Positions 55,322-64,000 of a stretch of 64,000 bases of DNA are shown piece after piece. Each line of letters begins with the position of its first letter. The stretch's first letter is position 1. The notes under the pieces are model-generated. The model saw nothing but the letters and a program-made list of their open reading frames with translations, did not search any database and had not been told where the DNA came from. Source of the stretch: an uncultured delta proteobacterium (lineage in GTDB: Bacteria > Desulfobacterota > RBG-13-43-22). The DNA is taken from positions 1 to 64,000 of the forward strand of contig CAWBOS010000012.1 in assembly GCA_963790475.1 (NCBI GenBank). The letters run 5' to 3'. The translations under genes and the position numbers were made by a program.

Positions 55322-56350
55322 ATGAGCTTCAATTATATTCGAGAAGTATCGACTCCTCAGGAGATCCTGGCGGCCATCCCGCTCTCTCAGGACCTGTCTT
55401 TGATCAAGAAAGCGCGGGATCAGGAGATCATGGCCGTCTTTACCAGGGAAAGCAAAAAGTTTCTGCTCATCATCGGCCCCTGTTCGGCCCACGATGAAGA
55501 TGCGGTTTGCGATTACATAACCAGGTTGGCCCGGGTGCAGGCTGAGGTCCAGGACAGGATCATCATTATCCCGCGAATCTATACCAATAAGCCCCGCACC
55601 AATGGTATGGGATACAAAGGGATGGTTCATCAGCCGGATCCGCTAAAAGCGCCTAATATTGTCGAGGGGATTCAGGCCATCAGGAGAATGCACATCCGCG
55701 CCCTCCGGGAATCAAACCTTCCCGCGGCCGACGAAATGCTCTATCCCGGAAACTACCCTTATCTCGAAGACGTCTTAAGTTATGTGGCCGTGGGGGCCCG
55801 TTCGGTGGAGAATCAGGCCCATCGTTTGACCTGCAGCGGTCTTGAAGTACCAGTGGGCATGAAAAATCCGACTTCCGGAGAACTCGAAGTGACTCTTAAT
55901 TCCATTCAGGCCTCTCAAGCCTCCCATGTATTCAACTATAATGGTTGGGAAGTCAAGACCACCGGCAATCCCCTGACCCATGCCGTACTCCGTGGTGCGG
56001 TGGATCACTCTAAACTGGCAGTCCCCAATTACCATTTCGAGGATCTGAACCTTTTTGCCAAGGCCTACCAGAAGAGGGAACTGCTCAACCCGACGATTAT
56101 CGTGGACACCAACCATGCCAATTCCAACAAAAAATTCGCCGAACAACCCCGCATCGCCAAAGAGGTCTTGCACAGTCGCCGTCACTCCACCCTGCTCAAG
56201 GACCTGGTTCGGGGCTTGATGATTGAGAGTTTTATTGAGGAAGGGTCGCAGCCGGCAACTGGCACCGTGTATGGAAAATCCATCACCGACCCCTGCCTGG
56301 GGTGGAAGGACAGCGAAAAGCTGATTCGTGATCTGGCCGGGATGTTGTAG
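55322..56350 (+). CDS. DAHP synthase, type I-alpha (AroF/G/H family)
   Basis: IGPCSAH, RIYTNKPRT, VGARS, GMKN, DTNHANS, GLMIES, YGKSITDPCLGW. Confidence 0.94.
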   Translation: MSFNYIREVSTPQEILAAIPLSQDLSLIKKARDQEIMAVFTRESKKFLLIIGPCSAHDEDAVCDYITRLARVQAEVQDRIIIIPRIYTNKPRTNGMGYKGMVHQPDPLKAPNIVEGIQAIRRMHIRALRESNLPAADEMLYPGNYPYLEDVLSYVAVGARSVENQAHRLTCSGLEVPVGMKNPTSGELEVTLNSIQASQASHVFNYNGWEVKTTGNPLTHAVLRGAVDHSKLAVPNYHFEDLNLFAKAYQKRELLNPTIIVDTNHANSNKKFAEQPRIAKEVLHSRRHSTLLKDLVRGLMIESFIEEGSQPATGTVYGKSITDPCLGWKDSEKLIRDLAGML

Positions 56351-56400
56351 GCCGAGTTTCAGGAAAGAAATTGCAGATATTGGAAGGTGCTGAATTAATC

Positions 56401-57107
56401 ATGGAAACATACGCCATGACCCACCCAGGGTTGAGAAGAAAAGAAAACCAGGATCGATATTTTATCCGGGAATTTGAAGACCAAACCGTTCTATCGGCCG
56501 TGGCTGACGGCATGGGTGGCGAGGCGGGTGGCGGATTGGCCGCCCAGACAGCCATTGAGGCCTTCAAAGATTTTAATACCAACTTGGCCAATGTTGAAGA
56601 CTCATTTGCTGCTGTCTTCCAGGTCGCGGACCGAGGATCAGGGAAGAAATCAGAAAGGGTCCCCAATTGGAAGGAATGGGTACGACCCTGACCTCGGCCT
56701 ATTTAAAAAAAGGGGAAATCCATTGGGCCCATGTAGGCGACAGCCGGCTTTATCTCTTCCGGGCCGGGGGGCTGACTCAAGTTACGGAAGACCATACCTT
56801 CGTAACTCGGCTGGTCAAAGAAGGAGCGATAACCAAAGATCAGGCCAGGGTCCATCCCCTGCAAAATATTTTAATTAACTGTCTCGGATGCAAGCCGATG
56901 ATAATGAGCTCCGGCAGATTCAAGATTCAAAATAAAGATTTGGTGCTCCTTTGCACGGATGGGCTTTATCACCAAGTAAGAGACGAGGAATTAGTATCCA
57001 TACTGATCAAAAAAATCAGCATCAAGGAGAAGCTTGAGGGCCTCCTTCAGACCGCCCTGGAGGCTGGGGGGTGGGACAACATCACCCTGGTGGGAGTAAC
57101 GATTTAA
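56401..57107 (+). CDS. Stp1/PrpC-type PP2C phosphatase; frameshift near 56632
   Basis: G..R..NQD, VADGMGG | GMGTT, HVGDSR, TEDH, LCTDGL, GGWDNIT. Confidence 0.88.
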
Positions 57108-57192
57108 TCCTAAGCCCGTATTGTTCTATAAAGGCATCTTCCGTAGGAAACTCCTGCAGAAAAAGCAAATTGGAACAGGTTCCAGTCTCCGT

Positions 57193-57320
57193 TTGAGAGT
57201 TTCATTGAGGAAGGATCCCAGCTGGCAAAAGGCACCGTGTATGGAAAATCCATCTCTGACCCCTGTTTGGGTTGGAAAGACAGCGGAAAACTCATCCGGG
57301 ATCTGGCCGGTCTGCTGTAG
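57193..57320 (+). repeat. Diverged 128-bp direct copy of the 3' end of the type I-alpha DAHP synthase gene (56223-56350)
   Basis: 20 mismatches in 128 bp by manual alignment; reads ESFIEEGSQLAKGTVYGKSISDPCLGWKDSGKLIRDLAGLL*. Confidence 0.9.
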
Positions 57321-57455
57321 CTTGGGGCGGTTTACTGTGTAAATATTGGGTAGAGCAGAGAGCTGGCGCCGGAAATTTAGGAACCCCAACCATTTCTCAA
57401 AATAAATAGGCATAGTGTCCCCGGATTGAGCGGCCCAACTCGTTATGCGTAAACC

Positions 57456-58844
57456 CTAATCTTTCTTGGGAACTTCTTTAAGTGCAGAATTAAATAATTT
57501 TAAAAAATCATCATCATTTAACTGCGTCATGTCTACGCCAACAAAGGATTCCGTACCGTTTAGGATGAAATTAGCAATATTGCCTTCTTTATTTGTAGGT
57601 GTATACCAAATTTGGTCACCTTCTTTTTGGATCAAAAGGTCGTGAAATTTTTTCCATTGATGTTTTGGTAAATGATTATTCCTAAATATTGCTGTAATCT
57701 GACGAGCTGGATCATGTACAATTACAATAGCTTTTTTTCTTTCGTCATTCATGCGAGCGAGTATCCCACGTTGTGGAAATTTATCTAAAGGTTCTTTCTG
57801 ATAATAAATAAGAGCATAGTTCCCAGGAAGCTCACGGAGAGGGAGTTGTTTCTTCTGCATCTCGAAAAACGATTGTTGCGCTTGTATCATTGCCTCGAAG
57901 AGAAAACCCATTATAAAAGATACAACTAGTGGATGCCAAACCTGTTGGAGGGCAAACAGTATCCTTCTATGAGTGAAATTACTTTGTTTGCCATTTATTT
58001 CAAGAATATTAGGTCTGAGGATCATTTCCCTAACATAAACTGCTGCTTCTGGTTCGGTAGGATCAATAAAACCATTCTGTGTTAACTTTTCAGATTTTTT
58101 GAGGTACCGATTCCATTCCTGCTCCAAGGCATCAATAGCCTTTTGATTGCTAAAATTGTCGAATGAACTTATCGAGACACATACTGACATTAACACAGCT
58201 TCAATAATAGCCCTCTTCCATTGGGCATCCAAAGATTCTGAAATAAACCCTGGTTGGCGGAATTGCGCAACATGAAGATTTCTTACAATAGTGAAAATAT
58301 GGTCAAATGCTGCGCCTCCAATAGCATCAATTTCGTCAATTTCGCGACGTATCGGTTCTATCGCCTGAATACCAGGATTATCTATATGACATTCTAAATG
58401 TTCTTGAAAGACGATATCGCTTGCAGAGTTGGCGGTACGGGTCCCATGTCCCTTGTGCTCGTCATATACTTTTTTAAAATCTGGGTTGCTACTCATCCCG
58501 CCGATACCAATGAGAACCGCGCTAACAAGTCTAGGGTTTAAGTCGGAGGGTAATTCTTCTTGAGAACCTCTGATTACATGTTCTTCGTAGGCTGGTAAGT
58601 AATCTACTGGTAAATAACAAGCTCGCAGTATTAAATCCGCAAAATAATTATCAAGGCTAGGATTTTTTCGAGTGACGAACTTGGGGATAGGTCCGGGGGA
58701 CGTGTCATTGTCCCGCAATCCTAAGAATTCACGAAGGAGATTAGACGAAGCCAAGACTATATTCTCTACTATTGAAAATCCTTCATACACATCAGGCGTG
58801 AGGTCAGCTGGTTGAATTTGTTTCCCATCCAAGCGTCTATTCAT
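57456..58844 (-). CDS. Hypothetical protein with MYG1/DHH-like motifs (putative phosphoesterase/nuclease effector)
   Basis: FVTRKNPSLDNYFA...VLIGIGG...YDEH pattern resembles the DHH/MYG1 motif order (fold call is tentative); overlaps the upstream PP2C gene by 8 bp. Confidence 0.55.
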   Translation of the reverse strand: MNRRLDGKQIQPADLTPDVYEGFSIVENIVLASSNLLREFLGLRDNDTSPGPIPKFVTRKNPSLDNYFADLILRACYLPVDYLPAYEEHVIRGSQEELPSDLNPRLVSAVLIGIGGMSSNPDFKKVYDEHKGHGTRTANSASDIVFQEHLECHIDNPGIQAIEPIRREIDEIDAIGGAAFDHIFTIVRNLHVAQFRQPGFISESLDAQWKRAIIEAVLMSVCVSISSFDNFSNQKAIDALEQEWNRYLKKSEKLTQNGFIDPTEPEAAVYVREMILRPNILEINGKQSNFTHRRILFALQQVWHPLVVSFIMGFLFEAMIQAQQSFFEMQKKQLPLRELPGNYALIYYQKEPLDKFPQRGILARMNDERKKAIVIVHDPARQITAIFRNNHLPKHQWKKFHDLLIQKEGDQIWYTPTNKEGNIANFILNGTESFVGVDMTQLNDDDFLKLFNSALKEVPKKD

Positions 58845-59706
58845 CTTTTTCTCCTTCTATATGTCCCGAGATAAGTCCCTTGGTTGTAGCCGCTTTAACG
58901 ACGGCTAGTGCAATGTCGTCCGAAAAATGGCGTAAATGCCGCTTAAAAACTGATCGACGAAATGCTTGTATCGTGGTATCTTCCCCCTTTTTATTGTGTC
59001 CGCAGGTGAATTCGTCCCGGAGGAAATCTTGAAAATCCTGTTTGCCCACCGGAGATGACAAGACGTCATTGATTCCATCACTCGCAATCCATAGGAATTT
59101 CAACGTTTCAATCTCCCCGCTAACATGGATGTCAACTTTTAGTTTCGGCGATCCATATTTCTCAAGTAATGATTGGTTAAAATATAGAGTGGGTGAGTTA
59201 TCAATGGGTGTTATACCATCGTCAATTCCGAAGCAGCCATCACCGAGGCCAAATACCCAGTACCGATTACGTACGACTGCAAGTCCCAGGATAGTAAATA
59301 GAAGTTTGTTAAGAATGAAATCACACCATTCTTTTGAAAGAAATGCCAGTCCTAAGCCTTTGCAGAACCTCTTAAAAAAAGTTATTGTCCTGCTGCCAGT
59401 AATTCGTAGGGCTTTTTCAAATTGAAGATCGTTAATATTGTCGCCATCACGCAATTCTTTTTCAAGAAAGTTCGCCCAACAATATGCCCCCAAAACAGCT
59501 CCAACTTGATTTTGTGTAAAACCAAAATCTGTAGTGCTGCATCCATCGCAGACTACTGCTACTTTCAAATTCGATGATTGGACTATGTGGCATGCGTCTT
59601 GACATCCAAGAGAAACCTCCTTGTGAAGCTTACCTTCCATAACAAAGGATCCAACAAGCAAGTTCGGACTCTCAGGAGCATATACGGAGTAGCTTGGTAT
59701 AGTCAT
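58837..59706 (-). CDS. PP2C-like phosphatase (TerY-triad type)
   Basis: G..H....GCQDA, VAVVCDGCS, GLGDG, IASDG, SDDIA. Confidence 0.85.
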   Translation of the reverse strand: MTIPSYSVYAPESPNLLVGSFVMEGKLHKEVSLGCQDACHIVQSSNLKVAVVCDGCSTTDFGFTQNQVGAVLGAYCWANFLEKELRDGDNINDLQFEKALRITGSRTITFFKRFCKGLGLAFLSKEWCDFILNKLLFTILGLAVVRNRYWVFGLGDGCFGIDDGITPIDNSPTLYFNQSLLEKYGSPKLKVDIHVSGEIETLKFLWIASDGINDVLSSPVGKQDFQDFLRDEFTCGHNKKGEDTTIQAFRRSVFKRHLRHFSDDIALAVVKAATTKGLISGHIEGEKDE

Positions 59707-59732
59707 TTAAACCTCTTTTGCTGCCTTAATTC

Positions 59733-60824
59733 TCATGCAGAATACATCATGTCTAAGAGACGAATGCGTGCTTTATCGCGTTCTAATGTTTTCTTCCTTG
59801 CTCTCTCAATCATATCGTTCCAGAGTTCCTCCCAAAATCGTCTTTGACGATCATCTTGAATCAACCTAGCCATCAGGTTATCGGCTCTTTGGGTCCGCTG
59901 GAGAGCTTCTTCCCTTGGGAAATATGAATCCAACATGTCGACCAAAGGGACACGACCTGTTGGGTCTGATGAAAATATTTTTTTAAAATAAGCTTTAAGC
60001 TTAGGTTTACTCTCAAGCCATTTAGGGTTCCTTATATCAAACTTTGGGGGCTGGACCATAGGATCAAGCAATACTGCAGAATAATTATATGATCTAAATA
60101 CGTAAGGATCTTTGCGATATTTCGGGTGAATTCCTGCCCAAGGTGATACACCCATAAAGAGCTCAAAGGCGATGACAGCTAAAGCCCACCAATCGGTCAG
60201 AGCTGAAAACTCTTCATTAGGGCCAACTGCGTCTGGAACGCGATCCCTGATGCGCGGATCGAGATATTGAATCGTGAAACTTTCACCTGGATAATTAGGA
60301 ATTGAACAGGAGTCAAAATCGATTAAATATGGTCTAAGGTTTGAAACAAGGATATTTTGAGGTTTAAGATCGCACATGAAGACACGATTAACGTGCAGGC
60401 TTCCCAAAGCGTCGTTTATCTCATATATGAAATTGGCAATCATCTGATCAAATAGGGGTTCTTCGTTAGGAGCAATTGAAGGCTTCCAACTCATGGAATT
60501 AATCGGTTTCGCATCAGGTAGGTACTTCATAATAAAGCCAACAGCTTGGTTAGTTGGTAACCCTTCAAGGAACACCATCTGCAGCGGAGCCACGACCAGT
60601 TCGTGGAAATTCCTCTTCTGTCCGCAAAGAGTACTCAGTTTCTCACTCATTGAGGAATTAATGGGATAGTCGGGGTACATCTTGACGGCAAACTGATTAT
60701 TCAACTTAAAAACTTCGCCATCCTTACCTCCATCTATGTAATTTGAATTGGTGAGCGTGTAACGCTGTCCGTCAGCGTCAAAAATGGTGATGCCATCGAA
60801 TTTGGATTGGTAAGTAATGCTCAT
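59733..60824 (-). CDS. Hanks-type Ser/Thr protein kinase
   Basis: GGKDGEV, AVKMY, H....CDLKPQNILV, IDFDS, TDWWALAV..FEL..G..P. Confidence 0.9.
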   Translation of the reverse strand: MSITYQSKFDGITIFDADGQRYTLTNSNYIDGGKDGEVFKLNNQFAVKMYPDYPINSSMSEKLSTLCGQKRNFHELVVAPLQMVFLEGLPTNQAVGFIMKYLPDAKPINSMSWKPSIAPNEEPLFDQMIANFIYEINDALGSLHVNRVFMCDLKPQNILVSNLRPYLIDFDSCSIPNYPGESFTIQYLDPRIRDRVPDAVGPNEEFSALTDWWALAVIAFELFMGVSPWAGIHPKYRKDPYVFRSYNYSAVLLDPMVQPPKFDIRNPKWLESKPKLKAYFKKIFSSDPTGRVPLVDMLDSYFPREEALQRTQRADNLMARLIQDDRQRRFWEELWNDMIERARKKTLERDKARIRLLDMMYSA

Positions 60825-61564
60825 TGTCTATCCTTAATTACATGACTAGAGATCAAATCCATTGCCTTGCGAATTTCTTTAGGGTCGGCGTTTCCTTCGA
60901 TGACGTCCTCAATACCGATTGATTTACCTATCGCTTTAAAATCAAAATCGCCAAGCCCAACAAGAGAGATTCGATGAATAATGCCAGTTTCCAATACGAA
61001 CTCAATGACATTTCTCAATGTTTCTGCTCTTGTCTTGCTATGTTCGTCTTTTCCATCTGTAATTACCGCGACATGAGCCATTACTTGTTGACCCAATTCC
61101 TCCGCTCCGAGTAGTATTGGTGATAACATCGCCAGTGCATGCACAATGGTATCGTATAATGCGGTTCCCCCGTCAGGAACATAGTTCTGGTCATCAAGAA
61201 GTCTAACCTTGGGATGAGCCTGGCGGATGTTGGAAGGATCTCGAAATGGGGTCACATCTTGAAAGTACGGATCCTGGACTTCATGGTTGAAAAGAATTTG
61301 ACCAAAATAAATATTAAGGGCAGAGCTTGCGCCCAACAATGAATTAATGAGGTGGTGTTGCCCATCGATCATTCCAGCCTTAAGAGGTACCATTGACCCA
61401 GATCTATCCAACAGTAACACTAAGGGACGTACGGACACGCCTTCAAGGGGTTGAATATCTTGGGCCTTATCCCGGGCCAGTGTTTGGATAATTTCCGCTA
61501 TCTCTGGCTTCATCACCCCTAAAGATACTAATTGATCGAGCGCTTGTTTTTCTGAAACCGACAT
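60821..61564 (-). CDS. vWA-domain protein (TerY-like)
   Basis: MIDAS motif LLLDRSGSM...GGTALYD...ITDG; stop overlaps the kinase start (ATGA). Confidence 0.88.
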   Translation of the reverse strand: MSVSEKQALDQLVSLGVMKPEIAEIIQTLARDKAQDIQPLEGVSVRPLVLLLDRSGSMVPLKAGMIDGQHHLINSLLGASSALNIYFGQILFNHEVQDPYFQDVTPFRDPSNIRQAHPKVRLLDDQNYVPDGGTALYDTIVHALAMLSPILLGAEELGQQVMAHVAVITDGKDEHSKTRAETLRNVIEFVLETGIIHRISLVGLGDFDFKAIGKSIGIEDVIEGNADPKEIRKAMDLISSHVIKDRQ

Positions 61565-61574
61565 ATCTTCCTCC

Positions 61575-63473
61575 TTACAGCGTAAATCTTTCGTATCCTT
61601 TGCCTATAATATATCCATTCGCCGATTCTATCAGCCAATCCTCAGAGCCAAATCCATAAAATGTGGATAGGATCTTATTAGTTTCGGTATTACGGATTTC
61701 TATTTTTCTGTCAAAATCTGCAATTGCTAAAAAGTTATCTCCAATGAGTGTCAGGGATAGAGGCTCGTTTGATAGAGATTCTTGATAACAAATTATTGGA
61801 AAAATAATGTCTCGGACGATAAGTGTATTATCCTCTAGACACAACCAAATTTTTCTGGTAGCTTCGTGGTAAATGGCGCAAACAATACCTTTTGCAAATG
61901 AAATGTTGTTCAGTAATCGACCTTCTGTGCATCGGCTAATGACCAATAAACCATCTTCACCGGAAGATATATAGGCAGGCCGCGTTGGCAATCCAATCAG
62001 GGTGGAAACCGGACCACGGTGATCATTTCTTGAATTAATAAGTTTTTTGGATGCTATTTCCCAAACAAATGTCTTACCCAATTTGCTACCAGCGATGACA
62101 TAACGATTGCTATCACAAAATGATCCTGTTGTAAGATTTTCATTGCAGTTGAATCTTCGTACCAGTTCCCCATTATCTGTCCGTCTAATCTGTAAAAATC
62201 CTTCCAATGTCACTATAAGCAGAAGATTCCCATTTGTCGAAAACTGAACCTGTATCAGATTTGGATATGAATTGAATTCTATTAGGTTATATGTTCCAAC
62301 TGAATCTATATGCCAGCATTCGATTCCCTGAGATAGACCAAGGAGAAGTTCCCATCCTTTTGATGTTTTCCGCATCGCACTCGAAATGAAGTATCCATCG
62401 GTGGTGCGCGGTGTGATAGCAATATGCTGTGACAATTCATTTATTGCCCAGAGATGTACCGTTTGGTTTGCATGAAGTGTTGCCAGCCAATATCCGTCAG
62501 GCGAAGCGCAGATAGTGGGTGCGTAAGATGCCTCTTTTAGTAGACCAGTTAGGTCAAGCCGTATTGGTGTTGATTTTTGTTTTTGAACCTGATCGATTTG
62601 TTCATTTTGTTTTAATGAAATGCTTTCGGAGGTTTTATAACTAGCATACTTTTTGCGAATCCTTTCTGCCTGCTCTGATGTGATAGTGTTGAACCCGGTA
62701 CTTACCCGTATCCCTTCATTAGTCGCACCTTTAATGGTTTGTTTGATTTCGATATTTAATTCCTCTGCTAACTCATAAATTCTTATCTTTTCCCGATGTT
62801 TAATCGACTGAGGTGATTTAGGTCCTGTTAATAAAGGTTTTGATTTTGACCCTTGATCGCTAGTTAAGGGTGGAGTTCTTCTTGAATGATGTATCTTTTT
62901 AATATAATTTTGTTGATCTTGCTGTATCTTGAGATCCCTTCGAAATTTATTTTTAAGATTGATACCTACAGGAAGTTTTCTTGGTTTACCAATTTTGGGC
63001 TTTTTTATTAGAGGTTGTTCCGTTAGTTTCCGATAAAGATCTTTATAGCCTGTATTGCTGTTTAAATCGTAGTACTGAAAAGGTTTAAGAGGTCTGGGAA
63101 CAAATTTCGTATTATTTGGATCAAAAATAATTGGAATAAACTTTTCATTTATTGAATCATTATCGTAGATTTCTTGGTAGGTTAGTAATGATTCAAAACG
63201 ACCACCTTTCCCCTTTCCAGGAGTTTCATCACCTCCGGCACGTTTATCGTATGTTTCTGTGCAAATCACCAAAACATAGTCAGAATTACGGATTTGTTGC
63301 TCCATCCACCGTGGCCACCCCTGTCGAGGAGATTCCTCATATTGATCCAGATTACAATCAAGACCGTCTCGACAGAGACGATCAGCAAGTGCAAGGACGC
63401 TTCTATCGTGCTCTTTGGACTCATGACAGTAACTTATAAAGACCTTCAAATGTTTCTCCAAATTAGTCACCAT
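61575..63473 (-). CDS. SEFIR/TIR - IF2_N-like helix-turn-helix - WD40 propeller protein
   Basis: KVFISYCH...LADRL...DQY...GWPRWM...VLVICT...GKGGRFE...KFIP (SEFIR); KIRIYELAEEL...TITSEQAERI (IF2 N-terminal-like); repeated WD40-like strands (SPDGYWLAT, FSTNG, VWEI, SSGEDG). Confidence 0.85.
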   Translation of the reverse strand: MVTNLEKHLKVFISYCHESKEHDRSVLALADRLCRDGLDCNLDQYEESPRQGWPRWMEQQIRNSDYVLVICTETYDKRAGGDETPGKGKGGRFESLLTYQEIYDNDSINEKFIPIIFDPNNTKFVPRPLKPFQYYDLNSNTGYKDLYRKLTEQPLIKKPKIGKPRKLPVGINLKNKFRRDLKIQQDQQNYIKKIHHSRRTPPLTSDQGSKSKPLLTGPKSPQSIKHREKIRIYELAEELNIEIKQTIKGATNEGIRVSTGFNTITSEQAERIRKKYASYKTSESISLKQNEQIDQVQKQKSTPIRLDLTGLLKEASYAPTICASPDGYWLATLHANQTVHLWAINELSQHIAITPRTTDGYFISSAMRKTSKGWELLLGLSQGIECWHIDSVGTYNLIEFNSYPNLIQVQFSTNGNLLLIVTLEGFLQIRRTDNGELVRRFNCNENLTTGSFCDSNRYVIAGSKLGKTFVWEIASKKLINSRNDHRGPVSTLIGLPTRPAYISSGEDGLLVISRCTEGRLLNNISFAKGIVCAIYHEATRKIWLCLEDNTLIVRDIIFPIICYQESLSNEPLSLTLIGDNFLAIADFDRKIEIRNTETNKILSTFYGFGSEDWLIESANGYIIGKGYERFTL

Positions 63474-63586
63474 CGAAACCCCGCATTTATAAATATTTTA
63501 TAGAGATCGAATTCAGGGAATTCAGGGGACATATTACTTATTTTTCAATGCCTTCGGCATGAACGTCCTGCTTTACATTTTTGCTA

Positions 63587-64000
63587 TCATTCTTTCATGG
63601 AATGGACCGCATCAAGATATGCCCGTCCAGCAGGTAGTATTTCATATCGAACTTTGTCGCCCTTGGCGTTTATCCGCCTAGCCAACTCCGGGAAATCCTT
63701 TAGAACCCAATTCACATGTCTGGCACTAATCCGTTCTACATGTTCCGCGTCATTGACGGGAACATCCCGTTCAGTCAGTTTGGCGATGTCAGGACACGCT
63801 GCTGGTCCAGAGATTTGATCCAATGCTCGCAGACATCTGAACATACGCGCCTCTTGGAGAACTTTTCGCTTAAGTTTTATGTTTGATACTCCGGGGAGCT
63901 TACTAAACGCATCCCCCAATAATGCATTTATCTGAGTATGGTAGTCTTCAATCGTTCCCTCATTCTCTATCTTGATATCTGCCAAATCTTGTGCAACCGG
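63587..64000 (-). CDS. 5'-partial gene: C-terminus of a P-loop nucleotide-kinase-like domain plus a probable winged helix
   Basis: Frame is open to the window edge; ADIKIENEGTIEDY resembles dephospho-CoA/NMP-kinase C-termini; RYEILPAGRAYL resembles a wHTH wing. Confidence 0.5.
   Translation of the reverse strand, partial: PVAQDLADIKIENEGTIEDYHTQINALLGDAFSKLPGVSNIKLKRKVLQEARMFRCLRALDQISGPAACPDIAKLTERDVPVNDAEHVERISARHVNWVLKDFPELARRINAKGDKVRYEILPAGRAYLDAVHSMKE

Noticed and set aside
56401-57107. Plus-strand PP2C as part of the kinase/vWA island
   Set aside because: It is on the opposite strand, belongs to a different PP2C subfamily, has host-like composition, and is separated from the island by the duplicated gene tail and boundary motif.
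56223-57320. 128-bp repeat pair as a DGR TR/VR
   Set aside because: Mismatches involve all four bases and are mostly synonymous, not adenine-specific.

Overview
A bacterial chromosomal segment whose gene content suggests an anaerobic deltaproteobacterium (Desulfobacterota-like; inferred from sigma-54 nitrogen genes, tandem moeA, a porin and a Wsp/Frz-like chemosensory cluster). In order: (1) 1-10.6 kb, a nitrogen island with glnD, three PII genes, three Amt transporters and a porin, driven by four sigma-54 promoters that share a tandem ACA-N4-TGT upstream motif; (2) 10.8-13.6 kb, an eroded integron-like cassette array (GIY-YIG, BrnT/BrnA toxin-antitoxin, TrmO) plus gene remnants; (3) 13.8-23.6 kb, RNB nuclease, thioesterase, IS66 relic, SNF2 helicase, lsrF with a Zn-dehydrogenase, and a YcbK peptidase; (4) 23.7-34.7 kb, a chemosensory operon interrupted by four-helix-bundle genes and inverted 7/8-mer microrepeats that also sit inside coding linkers; (5) 34.7-45.8 kb, DUF362, a yybP-ykoY riboswitch with a UPF0016 exporter, HtrA, moaA and two moeA; (6) 45.9-56.4 kb, a shikimate/Phe/Tyr operon headed by an unannotated 31-aa leader with ten consecutive aromatic codons (FWFYFYYYYF) and a terminator/antiterminator pair; (7) 57.4-63.5 kb, an AT-richer five-gene operon (SEFIR-IF2N-WD40, vWA, Ser/Thr kinase, PP2C, MYG1/DHH-like protein), the best candidate here for an undescribed defence/signalling system. 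Seven single-base frameshifts in six otherwise intact genes suggest assembly indel errors. No rRNA, tRNA or CRISPR array was seen. All family assignments come from motif recognition by eye, not database searches.
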